A DNA stretch of 64,000 nucleotides from an uncultured delta proteobacterium (GTDB taxonomy: Bacteria; Desulfobacterota; Desulfobacteria; Desulfobacterales; Desulfosalsimonadaceae). The position numbers and the translations under genes are program-made. Of this stretch, positions 8,804 through 18,108 are shown one piece after another. The stretch lies in assembly GCA_963826785.1 (NCBI GenBank), contig CAWGYD010000008.1, forward strand, positions 449,971 to 513,970. The letters are read 5' to 3'. The notes below the pieces were generated by a model. The model was not told the origin of the DNA, did not search any database, and saw nothing but the letters and a program-made list of their open reading frames with translations. Each line of letters begins with the position of its first letter. Position 1 is the stretch's first letter.

Positions 8804-9970
8804 CTAATTATGCATGACAGTCGTACGGCGGCAGACATCGGCAAGTTGCTCCAGGCTTTTCAACTGGTCCTGAAAGGTCCTGGGCGGATCCTCACCGATG
8901 GATTTCTTGAAAAAAAAGGCGAGTTCGCCGATGGGTCCGGATCGTCCGGACAGGGAGAGGGCCGCCATCCATCGCGCCAGGTCCAGCACCATGGGAGCGG
9001 CCAGGATGGAGTCCCGGCCCTGCAGGTTGAGCCGAATGCTCATGGGCATGGAGAAAATGCTTTCAAAGTCGATCACGTCCCAGGCTTCCTTGGCATCTCC
9101 CCGGGGCGGATAGTAATCGATGTGGACCTTGTGCGACGGCTTGCCGAACTTTTTTTCGCCCGGCCGATAGCCCAGCACATGATCGAGCACATCGGTCTTG
9201 TTGGTCAGCTTGCAGGCCGCATGCGCCGGATCCATCAGATTTTCGCCGTCGGCATTTCCCAGGATGTTCAAGCTGTACCAGCCGTTTACATAGAGCTTGC
9301 GGGCCGCAAACGCGGAGGCCATCACGACCTTCCAGTAGGTCTGGCCGGTTTTGCCGTCCCGCCCCGCCATGGGCACCCCTTGGCGCACGGCCTCGTTGAT
9401 CACCGCGGGCACCTCGATTTCATTAGGGGTAAAATTGATCACCGGGATTTTTGACTCGATGGCGGCAAGCGCATAGACCAGATCCGGAAAATCGATCCCC
9501 TCGCTCATCCCGCAGAGCGCTTCAACTGAAGTATAGCCGTTTAAATTATGCATCTGGCAGGCGGGAAGCAGATTGACCAGCACCGGGACCATGTCGGGAT
9601 ACATTTTTTTGAAATCAGCCATATCTTCGACGACTTGCCTGATCTGTGCCTTCAGCCCGGCCCGGGGGTCGGGTGCCGGCCTGACCGGATATGTTGCGAA
9701 TGCTTCGGCATAGGGGGCAAAGGTGCTTTCTTCGAGCACCCCGTGGCCGATGAGCGCATCCGTCATGGAACCGGTGCGTATGTCCCAGCCGGCCGCTTGA
9801 AAACGACGGTTGACGGGCAGATCCATGTCCGCTGTCATCAAATACGGCCACACCTGCTCGGGCCGCTCTCTTGCGGCCTCGATTGCCGCCGCCGCCGTGG
9901 TGGCGATCGCCCCCTTCATGCCTGAAACCAGTATCAGCACGCCTTTTTCTGAATTGCCGCTGTCTGCCAT
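8804..9970 (-). CDS. ino1: Inositol-3-phosphate synthase family protein
   Basis: GRDGKTGQT, WYSLNILGNADG, YYPPRGDAKEAWD, RDSILAAPMVLDL, FFFK catalytic-core motifs. Confidence 0.88.
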   Translation of the reverse strand: MADSGNSEKGVLILVSGMKGAIATTAAAAIEAARERPEQVWPYLMTADMDLPVNRRFQAAGWDIRTGSMTDALIGHGVLEESTFAPYAEAFATYPVRPAPDPRAGLKAQIRQVVEDMADFKKMYPDMVPVLVNLLPACQMHNLNGYTSVEALCGMSEGIDFPDLVYALAAIESKIPVINFTPNEIEVPAVINEAVRQGVPMAGRDGKTGQTYWKVVMASAFAARKLYVNGWYSLNILGNADGENLMDPAHAACKLTNKTDVLDHVLGYRPGEKKFGKPSHKVHIDYYPPRGDAKEAWDVIDFESIFSMPMSIRLNLQGRDSILAAPMVLDLARWMAALSLSGRSGPIGELAFFFKKSIGEDPPRTFQDQLKSLEQLADVCRRTTVMHN

Positions 9971-10529
9971 AAAAATCGTCTTTCCTAATCAAGAAGTCGT
10001 CGGGAAGGTTTATTAAACGGAACGGTCGGAAAGGATGTATTTTTCCGATGCCATAATTTTAACATAAAATTTCAATAATTTAAATCCAAATACACCATAG
10101 GCCGATGCCGGTGCGGTATGTAAAAGGGTAATCCGCTCCCCCCGGTTGTCAAGAATGACTTCATCCGATCTGAAAAAACACCACGCCGGGTGAATATGAG
10201 GTTGAATCTGCACGGTCAAACCTGCTAATATCCATATTTCATAGATCGATTAAAAATTCACCTGAATTTTTCGCTGATAATTGTTATACATATCCGTCTC
10301 GTGCAAAACATGGCCATATCTTCGGCCGAAACAACAGAAATGCGAGAAGGCCATTCTTGTTTCTTTGACAAAAAAAATTCTAACAGGCTGTGTGCCGGCA
10401 TGGGGTCGTCAAACGACGTTTTCGGCCATCACTCCACACCCGGCCCCCCCTGTACGGGGATAATCGGCCACGGGGCGGACCCGGGCGCGATTTTTCGACA
10501 GCCTGAAACCGTCGGAATCGGAAGCTGAC

Positions 10530-11549
10530 ATGTCGATCAAAGGCAACCTGGAAACGGTTTATCTCCCCACCATCCTGCAGATGTTGAGCGCTGAATACAA
10601 GACGGGCATCCTCCAGCTGAAGCGGGAGGACAATGAAGTCAACATCTATATCCAGAACGGCGCCATCGTATACGCGACGGAAAACGGCAAGAAAAACCGC
10701 CTGGGCGATATCCTGAAAAACAGCGGCATTCTGTCTTCCAAGCAGATCAAGGAGTGCCTGAAGGAGAGCATCGGCACCAAAAAAGCCCTCGGCAAAATTC
10801 TTCTGGATAAAGGCTACATCACCCGCAGCCAGTTCAATACCCTGATCCTGAAACAGGCGGAAAACACCCTGTATAATGTTTTTCTCTGGAAGGACGGGGA
10901 ATTCGAGTACACCGATACCAAGCTCAACCTCAATCGAATCGTCGTTCACAAAATCGATACCATGGCCCTCCTGCTGGAAGCCACGCGCCGGATCGATGAA
11001 ATTTCGGTGCTGAAAAAGCAGATCCCGGATGAAGACCTGATCCTGAAAATATCGGGAAAAATCCAGGATAATAAAGAGATCAAACTCAATCCCACTGAAT
11101 GGCGGATTCTATCCATGCTGGACGGAACCACCAATATCCGCAAGATTTTAGACGACAGCGGCCTGGACGATTTTGCCGGTTACCAGATTCTCAATGCGCT
11201 GATCTCCTCGGGCAAAGTGGAGGTCTGCAAACCCAAGCCGGCGCCGAACCCCGCCCGGGATGCCGTAAACCATTTCAAGGGGATGGACACCAGGGCCTTC
11301 CGAAAAGGCCTCGACGACCTGGGGCTCAAACGTTCGAGCCTGCTGCGCATCACCCTGACCCGGATCTTCAGGGATGCCGAGGATGAGGAAAGCCTCTTGT
11401 CGGCGATAAAGGATGAGGCCGGCAAGCTGTCCAATTCCACGGAAAAAGGAGCGCTTCTCGACCTCAAGGAAAAAAACCAGGTCCCCTTCATCAAAGATGT
11501 CCTGGATCTTTTATGCAAGGCCGTCGATGAAATCCCCATCAGCAATTGA
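10530..11549 (+). CDS. DUF4388 (PATAN-like) protein with an uncharacterised C-terminal domain
   Basis: SIKGNLETVYLPTILQML..KTGILQL..IYIQNGAIVYA, RLGDIL, WKDGEFEY, LLLEATRRIDE. Confidence 0.8.
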   Translation: MSIKGNLETVYLPTILQMLSAEYKTGILQLKREDNEVNIYIQNGAIVYATENGKKNRLGDILKNSGILSSKQIKECLKESIGTKKALGKILLDKGYITRSQFNTLILKQAENTLYNVFLWKDGEFEYTDTKLNLNRIVVHKIDTMALLLEATRRIDEISVLKKQIPDEDLILKISGKIQDNKEIKLNPTEWRILSMLDGTTNIRKILDDSGLDDFAGYQILNALISSGKVEVCKPKPAPNPARDAVNHFKGMDTRAFRKGLDDLGLKRSSLLRITLTRIFRDAEDEESLLSAIKDEAGKLSNSTEKGALLDLKEKNQVPFIKDVLDLLCKAVDEIPISN

Positions 11550-11562
11550 CGGGGGGCCTGGT

Positions 11563-11787
11563 TTATTTGATCCCGGTCTTGGGTAAATCGGGCAGCGCCT
11601 TTCGGGCACGTGAAAACATTTCGGCCGCCGATGTGAATAAAGGTTCAAGCTTCCGGTCTGCATCGGTGACGTACTGCCATTCCCAGTGGACATCGTGGCC
11701 GTCTGCCTCCTTCAGGTAGATGTGGCTACCTTTTCTTATATTGAGTTCACTGCCGTCATCTAACCGGATCGTGATTTCCGCGCCCAT
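11563..11787 (-). CDS. Small hypothetical protein (74 aa)
   Basis: AAGGAG RBS before the ATG; fills the gap and has plausible composition. Confidence 0.6.
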   Translation of the reverse strand: MGAEITIRLDDGSELNIRKGSHIYLKEADGHDVHWEWQYVTDADRKLEPLFTSAAEMFSRARKALPDLPKTGIK

Positions 11788-12064
11788 GTCTGTTCTCCTT
11801 TTCTATTGATCGGTGCGGCAGGGGTGTTAAGACAGCCCCTGTAATTGGCTATGCCGTATCTCTTTTCATCGCCTTTTCATGAGACGCTGATAAAATAAGC
11901 CCCCGAACGTTTTTAATTATAATCATCGCAGCAGAACCGATCCATTTTTTACCATTTAGGGTTGTGCGCAAGATTTCCGCTGATTAACTTATGGCGATTG
12001 CCGCCAATTTATCTTTTTCGGCCGGTGCGCCATTGCCAAACCGCAGATTTTGCCAGACAGGAGT

Positions 12065-12784
12065 ATGGAATCAATGCAGAATATATCGGAAAAAATCGAC
12101 CGCATAATGCCGGATCGGACGGACCTGTACAAGAAAGCCCTGCTGCTGGCGAAGATCACGGTTTTTTACAACATCATCGAAGGGATCGTTTCGATTTTTT
12201 TCGGCATGAATGACGAGACCCTGTCCCTGTTCGGCTTCGGGCTGGATTCGTTTGTGGAGGTCATCTCCGGCATCGGCATCTGGCACATGGTCAGCCGGAC
12301 CATGAAACAGCCGGCGTCGGATCCCGATGCCTTTGAAAAAACCGCATTGAAAGTCACGGGAACTGCGTTTTATCTGCTTGCGGCGGGGCTGATCATAACC
12401 GCAGCCGTCAACCTGTATCAGGGCCACCGTCCGGAAACCACCTTCTGGGGGATCGTCATTTCGCTGATTTCCATCGCCACGATGTGGGCACTGGTTCGCT
12501 TCAAACTGCAGGTGGGGAAAAAGCTCGCCTCGGATGCCATTATCGCGGATGCAGGCTGCACGAAAACCTGCCTGTACCTTTCCTTTGCGCTTCTGCTGGC
12601 CAGCGCAGGCTATGCGCTGACCGGCATCGGCGGCATCGATTCTGCAGGGGCCGCCGCCATCGCTATATTTGCCTTCCGTGAAGGCAGGGAATCCTTTGAA
12701 AAAGCCGAGGGCAAAACCTGCTCCTGCCACTGCGGGGGATCGGAGGCGGATTGCGAACCGGCACCCGCGCAAAAGCGCAGGTGA
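12065..12784 (+). CDS. CDF-like cation transporter with Cys-rich tail
   Basis: YNIIEG, LFGFGLDSFVEVISG, AIIADA..C; 6 TM; ends CSCHCGGSEADC; GGAG RBS before ATG at 12065. Confidence 0.75.
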   Translation: MESMQNISEKIDRIMPDRTDLYKKALLLAKITVFYNIIEGIVSIFFGMNDETLSLFGFGLDSFVEVISGIGIWHMVSRTMKQPASDPDAFEKTALKVTGTAFYLLAAGLIITAAVNLYQGHRPETTFWGIVISLISIATMWALVRFKLQVGKKLASDAIIADAGCTKTCLYLSFALLLASAGYALTGIGGIDSAGAAAIAIFAFREGRESFEKAEGKTCSCHCGGSEADCEPAPAQKRR

Positions 12785-12792
12785 TAATCCGC

Positions 12793-12817
12793 TGTGCGGG
12801 GCGGTCCGCCCCGCGCA
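12793..12817. terminator. Hairpin between convergent genes
   Basis: TGTGCGGGGCGG-T-CCGCCCCGCGCA. Confidence 0.5.
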
Positions 12818-12835
12818 TGAACCGTTTCGGGCTCC

Positions 12836-13294
12836 TTAATTGCCTCGCTCGTATCGCCCCATCAGGGATGCCTCCTGCAGGACATGGCCCTTGAGGGCCG
12901 CTTCCACGCTTTTCTTGTCGGCGCCTTCGGCAAGATCGAGCATGGTGTCAAGCGCATACACTCTCAAGAAATAGCGGTGCTCGCGGTCCGGGGGACAGGG
13001 CCCGTAATACCCGGTCTTCCCGTTGGTCCCCTTCCCCGGTGTTCCCGGGGGTTCCTGGCCTTCGGCGATTCGGCGGGTGTCCGGCGGAATATTGAAAACC
13101 ACCCAATGGTCCCACATCCCATCGGCCCGAAGATTCTTGGGCACATCCGGGTCATCCATGAGAAGTACCAGGCTTTTCGTCCCTTTCGGAATTTCGGCGA
13201 TCTCCAGGGGCAGGCTGACCCCTATCCCCTCGCAGGTATACCTGGACGGGATTTTCCCTTCGTTTTCAAATGCGCTGCAGGTCAGTTTCATCAA
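12836..13294 (-). CDS. YbhB/YbcL family PEBP (Raf kinase inhibitor-like) protein
   Basis: MDDPDVP, WDHWVVFNIP, YYGPCPP, HRY..VYALD. Confidence 0.92.
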   Translation of the reverse strand: MMKLTCSAFENEGKIPSRYTCEGIGVSLPLEIAEIPKGTKSLVLLMDDPDVPKNLRADGMWDHWVVFNIPPDTRRIAEGQEPPGTPGKGTNGKTGYYGPCPPDREHRYFLRVYALDTMLDLAEGADKKSVEAALKGHVLQEASLMGRYERGN

Positions 13295-13521
13295 ATTGCT
13301 CCTTTTCGACTATTTTTTGTCAATAGAGTAACGATCCGCTGTCCGAATGGCAAATGAGCAGATGGTCAAGATCGTCGGGGCGGCTTTTGGCGGTCGGCGT
13401 CGGTCAGGAAAACCCATGGAGGAAATAATCGAAGGGAAGAACAGCAGGGGTCAGGAGCGCCCGGAAAAAGAAGATTGCGGCCTTTTCCAGAATCGCTCCC
13501 GGCCCTGTTTTTTTTTGCACT

Positions 13522-13965
13522 TCAGGATTTGAAGACCGATCGGGGCGAAGAGATGATTTCCTTCATGCGGGCCTCCTGAATGCGCTGTTCATGCTCCGAT
13601 TTGCGCTTGTAGGCCATATCGATCTTTTCGGTGAGGTCTTCTGTTTCGCACGGCTTCATCAGATAATCGAGCGCGCCGAGTTTCATCCCCTCGATGGCGG
13701 TTTCCACGGTGGCCTTGCCGGTCAGCATGATCACTTCGGTGAGCGGCTTGATCTGCTTGATTTCACGCAGCACCTGTATGCCGTCCACCTCGGGCATGGA
13801 CACATCCAGAACCACGACATCAAAATTGGATTTTTTGACCAGTTCCAGGGCCTGCCTGCCGTCATAGGCCGCGGCGACGTGATAGTCCCGGATCTTGAGC
13901 CGTTCGGCCAGGGTGTCGGCAAAGCTGCGTTCATCATCGACGATCATCACCTTGGTTAACATCAT
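13522..13965 (-). CDS. Single-domain response regulator
   Basis: IVDDE, VLDVSMP, MLTG, YLMKP. Confidence 0.92.
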   Translation of the reverse strand: MMLTKVMIVDDERSFADTLAERLKIRDYHVAAAYDGRQALELVKKSNFDVVVLDVSMPEVDGIQVLREIKQIKPLTEVIMLTGKATVETAIEGMKLGALDYLMKPCETEDLTEKIDMAYKRKSEHEQRIQEARMKEIISSPRSVFKS

Positions 13966-13986
13966 TTTTTCTCCTTCGCGTTATGG

Positions 13987-14655
13987 TTAGGCCCTTAAAT
14001 CCGCATCCACTGGAACAGTCAATACAATTTCACCGCTGATTTCGTCAATAGTGATGATAGCGTTCAGGTCTTTGATCAATGATGCGGCCGAATCGGGTGG
14101 AAACGCGGCGCAGGCATCCATTCTCCGGTCCTGCAGCGATACCCGGATCCGGCAGTCCTCCGCACAGGGCTCGACCCGGATCTTTACTGATTTTTCGGTT
14201 CCGCAGGATTCCATGGCGGCCTGCAGGCATTGCCAGATGAGAAACTGGAGCAGAAACGGCCGGGTTCTCACCTGAAGCGCTTTTTCACCGGGCTGAAAAT
14301 CGAGCACCGCCCCCTTCTGGGAAGCGGCGCGCATGGACAGGGCGGTGATCAGCCCGGTCAGTTCGGAAACATCCACTTTGCCCACCGCCTCATCCATGCT
14401 GTGGGCAAACCGGTTCATGTTCTTGATGATTCCATCCCCCCGCTTGATCTGGTACTTCAGGTCATCGGCGAGCCCGGCGATGCGGTTGGGGTCGAGGGGG
14501 ATGCCCCTTTCCACCATGGCGGAAAGGTCCTTGAGCAGACCGGCCTTTTCATTGATAATGGCCATCACATTCTTGATCTCATGGGAAACGGATGCCACGA
14601 TCCTGCCGAAAAACTGCAGGTTTTCATCCGCGGCGGTTTTTTCATTCTGCGCCAT
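13987..14655 (-). CDS. HisKA protein with degenerate ATPase domain (possible phosphotransferase)
   Basis: H-box SHEIKN present; N/G1/F/G2 boxes not recognisable. Confidence 0.7.
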   Translation of the reverse strand: MAQNEKTAADENLQFFGRIVASVSHEIKNVMAIINEKAGLLKDLSAMVERGIPLDPNRIAGLADDLKYQIKRGDGIIKNMNRFAHSMDEAVGKVDVSELTGLITALSMRAASQKGAVLDFQPGEKALQVRTRPFLLQFLIWQCLQAAMESCGTEKSVKIRVEPCAEDCRIRVSLQDRRMDACAAFPPDSAASLIKDLNAIITIDEISGEIVLTVPVDADLRA

Positions 14656-15040
14656 CTGGTGCTCCCCCTTGATTGCGGTTGAGTACGGACTCGATCCGGC
14701 AGATCAGGATATCGATATCGATCGGCTTGACCAGGTAGAATTCTTCCCCGATCTGGCGGGTGACTTCCTTGAAATCCTCCTCGGAACCATAGCCGGTCAA
14801 AAAGATAAACTTCATTTCCGGGTATTTCGCCTGCAGCTGCTCCTTGAGGGCAAGCCCCCCCACCCGGGGCATTTTCAGGTCCAAAACGGCCACATCGAAC
14901 TTCTGACCTTTTGCTTTTTGCATCGCTTCTGCGCCGGTTTCGGCCCATTGCGCCTCAAAACCGCGGATTTCAAGGCGTTCCGCAAGGGTGGAGATCAGTT
15001 CCACTTCGTCGTCAACGAGCAACACCCGGATTGGCTTCAT
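14642..15040 (-). CDS. Single-domain response regulator
   Basis: LLVDDE, VLDLKMP, FLTG, YLVKP; AAGGAG RBS before ATG at 15040. Confidence 0.9.
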   Translation of the reverse strand: MKPIRVLLVDDEVELISTLAERLEIRGFEAQWAETGAEAMQKAKGQKFDVAVLDLKMPRVGGLALKEQLQAKYPEMKFIFLTGYGSEEDFKEVTRQIGEEFYLVKPIDIDILICRIESVLNRNQGGAPDGAE

Positions 15041-15089
15041 TAAATGGACTCCTTGTTCATTATCTTGCGGTCCTGTCTCTTCCGACCGG

Positions 15090-16802
15090 TCATGAAACGG
15101 GTATCCTGAGGGGCAGGATAACCGTGAATGCGGTTCCCTTGCCCACTTCACTGTCTACGCTGATCTGGCCCCCGATTTCGCGGATCAGATTGAGGGTGAT
15201 GGACAGCCCGAGTCCGGTCCCGCCCTTTCCGACCCGGGTGGAGAAAAACGGCTCGAAAATCCGGTGGAGTTCTTCTTCGGGGATGCCGCATCCGGTGTCC
15301 TTGAACTTGATGGACACTTTATCTTCTCCGGCGTTTTCGACGACGATATCGACGCGGCCGCCGTCGTCCACGGCGGCAAACGCGTTGTTGATGATATTGA
15401 CGAATATCTGCTGCAGTTTGCCCAGGTCGGTTTGAATGGCCGGTACATCTTCGGCCAGATCCACATGAAGGGAGATGCTCCGATGGGAGGCCTCCCGGTG
15501 GTAGAATTCGAGAACCCCTTCCAGGATATCGCGAAGATTGATGTCGACCACCGAGGCCTCGAATTTTCCGGCAAACGTCAGCAGTCGCTTGGTGATGGTG
15601 CCCGCCCGCTTTACGGAGGCGATGATGGCATCGGCGATTCCGATCAGCTTTTCATCCTTCTGGTATTTGGCCCGGACAACGAACAGGTCCTTTAACAGGC
15701 CCGCCTTTTCATTGATGATGGCCAGCGGATTGTTGATCTCATGGGCCACGCTGGCTGCCAGGCGGCCGATGGAAGCCATCTTGTTGGCATACTCCACCTG
15801 GTGAAGCGACTTGACCCGCTTTTCATCCGCGGATCTGATTTTCTGGAGCATGAAGCTTGCGGTCCACAAAATGACGGTCAGGATGACGGTAATGCTGCCG
15901 ATCAAAAAAGCGATGAGTTTCAGCCGGGTTTCAAACCACGGTTTCATCATTTCCGCCTGGTCTTTTACGATCATCAGGATAAAGGGCGTATTTTCGATAA
16001 ACCGGTACCCAACGACCATTTCCCGCCCGTTGATCTCATGTTCATACACCTCGCTCCTGTCGGAGTATTGCGGCACCGGAAACGGCAGTTTCTCGAGCAC
16101 GCCGCCGTAATAACGGGAAGGGGTCTGCAGGATGCCCTGGTGGTTGACCAGAAACGCATTGCCCCGGCCTTCCAGTTCCAGGTTGGACAGCAGGTCTTCG
16201 AAGGGGGTGATCCCGATGGCCGAACGCAGGATAAAAAATGATTTGTCCGCGATGTTGCGGCCCACCGCGATGACGAAATGGGGTTCGTTCCGGTACCCCA
16301 AAAACACATCGCTGATATGGGCGCCATGGTCGATCACCTGGTCGAACCATTCCTGCCCGGCATAATTTTTTCCTTTCAGCGCATATGGGCCCACATAGTT
16401 CACCTGGTACCCGGAATCATCGATCAGGCCCAGATCCACAAACCCGCCCCCGAAACTTTTCTGCAGGTTTTCCAGGACATCGGCCAACCGCTCATGGTTG
16501 GAGAGCACCGCCGGGGGGTTGTCATAGACGATAAAATTCAATGCGGACTTCCGCTCCGCCAGGAAAAAGGCGATGGCCCGCTGGGTATTGGACAAGATCC
16601 GGGTGGTGCGGGAGAGAAATTCCGATTCGATGGCCTGCTGGGTGACCTGATAATCGACAAAGGTGATAAATATCAATGGGATCAGGGAAACACAGCCGGT
16701 GAGCAGCACCACCAGACGCCAGATCCGCCGGTAGTTCATCAAATGCTTCCGGTGGATGAGCAGGTTCTCCGGCACAGATTTTATCGATGGACGGGTTTCC
16801 AT
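15090..16802 (-). CDS. Membrane sensor histidine kinase (Cache-like periplasmic domain)
   Basis: 2 TM, AHEINNPL, NIINNA, DTGCGI, FEPFFST, GTGLGL; start uncertain. Confidence 0.92.
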   Translation of the reverse strand: METRPSIKSVPENLLIHRKHLMNYRRIWRLVVLLTGCVSLIPLIFITFVDYQVTQQAIESEFLSRTTRILSNTQRAIAFFLAERKSALNFIVYDNPPAVLSNHERLADVLENLQKSFGGGFVDLGLIDDSGYQVNYVGPYALKGKNYAGQEWFDQVIDHGAHISDVFLGYRNEPHFVIAVGRNIADKSFFILRSAIGITPFEDLLSNLELEGRGNAFLVNHQGILQTPSRYYGGVLEKLPFPVPQYSDRSEVYEHEINGREMVVGYRFIENTPFILMIVKDQAEMMKPWFETRLKLIAFLIGSITVILTVILWTASFMLQKIRSADEKRVKSLHQVEYANKMASIGRLAASVAHEINNPLAIINEKAGLLKDLFVVRAKYQKDEKLIGIADAIIASVKRAGTITKRLLTFAGKFEASVVDINLRDILEGVLEFYHREASHRSISLHVDLAEDVPAIQTDLGKLQQIFVNIINNAFAAVDDGGRVDIVVENAGEDKVSIKFKDTGCGIPEEELHRIFEPFFSTRVGKGGTGLGLSITLNLIREIGGQISVDSEVGKGTAFTVILPLRIPVS

Positions 16803-16866
16803 GTTTTTAATCAATCGTATGGATGAATTGCACATACCATGAGCGTGCACGAAGAACCCATTGGGG

Positions 16867-18090
16867 CTACTTTTTGCTTCCCCGGTTTACGATATATTCA
16901 TTGGCCTTCTTGATGGTTTCGCTCAGCTCGTCGATATCCACCGGCTTTTGCAGGTAGGCGAAGGCGCCCAGCTGCATGCAGGTCTCCCGGTCCGCATCGG
17001 ACCCGTGGCCGGTCAGGATGATCACTTCGATGCCGGGATTGGTGGACTTGACCCGGCGCAGCACCTCGATGCCGTCGATCCCGGGCATGCGCAGATCCAG
17101 AATCATGACTTCCGGCTCGTCCTCCCTGATCAGCGCCAGCGCGGATTCGCCGTCATAGGCCACGGCCGAGCCCATATCCCGGATCATCAGCCGCTCCGAA
17201 AGCGTCTGCACAAATTCCCGCTCATCATCCACCAGCAGCACCCGTGTGGGCAGTTCAAAATTGCATTTCCGATAGATGTCCGCCTGATAGAATTCCGGCC
17301 CCACTTTTGTCGTCACCGATTTCACCCCGGGCACGCGCTCCGCCAGTCCCTTGAGTTCGTCTTCCAGCCGGCTCAGCAGGAGTACATGTTTATTGATGGT
17401 CAGGGTGACATCCCCGCCTTCTGATTTGACGCCCACGTTGTGCCCCTCGTTGGCCAGAACCACCTCCACGGCGGCCGAAAGCTTGAAATCATCCAGGGCG
17501 GCGACGGAATCCGCCTTGGCTTTTAACACCTCCCTGCCCAGGCTGTCTTTTACCAGTTCAAGGACCTCGTCTATGTTCATTTTGTCGGTGGGGGAGACGA
17601 TATCATACAGCGAGGGGTCCCACGGGTCGGATGCGTAATGCAGGGCCTTTACCCAGACGGCCCGGTCCTCATCCCGGTTGCGGATCAGCTTGTGAGCTTC
17701 ATTTTCGCTCAGGTTCTGCTCCGCCTTGGCCACTTCCACCCGAAAACGGATGTCGGCAATCAGGCAGATCCGCAGAACATGGGTGATTTCCCTGGGGATC
17801 AGATGGCTGGAAAATCCGGTGACCACCAGGTTGTTTTCGGGCAGCATCTCGGAGAGCGCCATTTTCAGGTAGGCGATGGAGCGCTCCCGTTCATGGGTGA
17901 ACTTGTTGAAAATGGACGTTTTGGAAGAAAACGCCTTTTCAATCTTGTTTTCGGACAGCCCGGAAAGGCGGCTGGCGGCTGAAACCACATCCACATCGCT
18001 GACGGACGCATAGCCCGTCTGATCGATAATCGCGGAAATCAGAGGTTCTTCCCGGCAAAATGTTCCGCTGAAAATACTGATTAAAGGCAT
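16867..18090 (-). CDS. Cytidylate-kinase-like + BON-like + receiver domain protein
   Basis: N-terminal ISIFSG..RICLIADIRFRV..DPSLYD (CMK-like); C-terminal receiver LLVDDE/MILDLRMP/LTG/KP. Confidence 0.8.
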   Translation of the reverse strand: MPLISIFSGTFCREEPLISAIIDQTGYASVSDVDVVSAASRLSGLSENKIEKAFSSKTSIFNKFTHERERSIAYLKMALSEMLPENNLVVTGFSSHLIPREITHVLRICLIADIRFRVEVAKAEQNLSENEAHKLIRNRDEDRAVWVKALHYASDPWDPSLYDIVSPTDKMNIDEVLELVKDSLGREVLKAKADSVAALDDFKLSAAVEVVLANEGHNVGVKSEGGDVTLTINKHVLLLSRLEDELKGLAERVPGVKSVTTKVGPEFYQADIYRKCNFELPTRVLLVDDEREFVQTLSERLMIRDMGSAVAYDGESALALIREDEPEVMILDLRMPGIDGIEVLRRVKSTNPGIEVIILTGHGSDADRETCMQLGAFAYLQKPVDIDELSETIKKANEYIVNRGSKK

Positions 18091-18108
18091 TTCAACCCCC
18101 TTTATGTT

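Noticed and set aside
5402..9970. Complete canonical ebo cluster or canonical ubi operon
   Set aside because: eboA, TatD-like and alkaline-phosphatase-like genes are absent, as are ubiB/C/D/X and hydroxylases; reported instead as a distinct candidate pathway.
15038..15110. Fifth frameshift at the sensor kinase C-terminus (an alternative frame ends in TAATG overlapping the next start)
   Set aside because: The kinase domain is already complete at the annotated stop, so no conserved sequence is missing.
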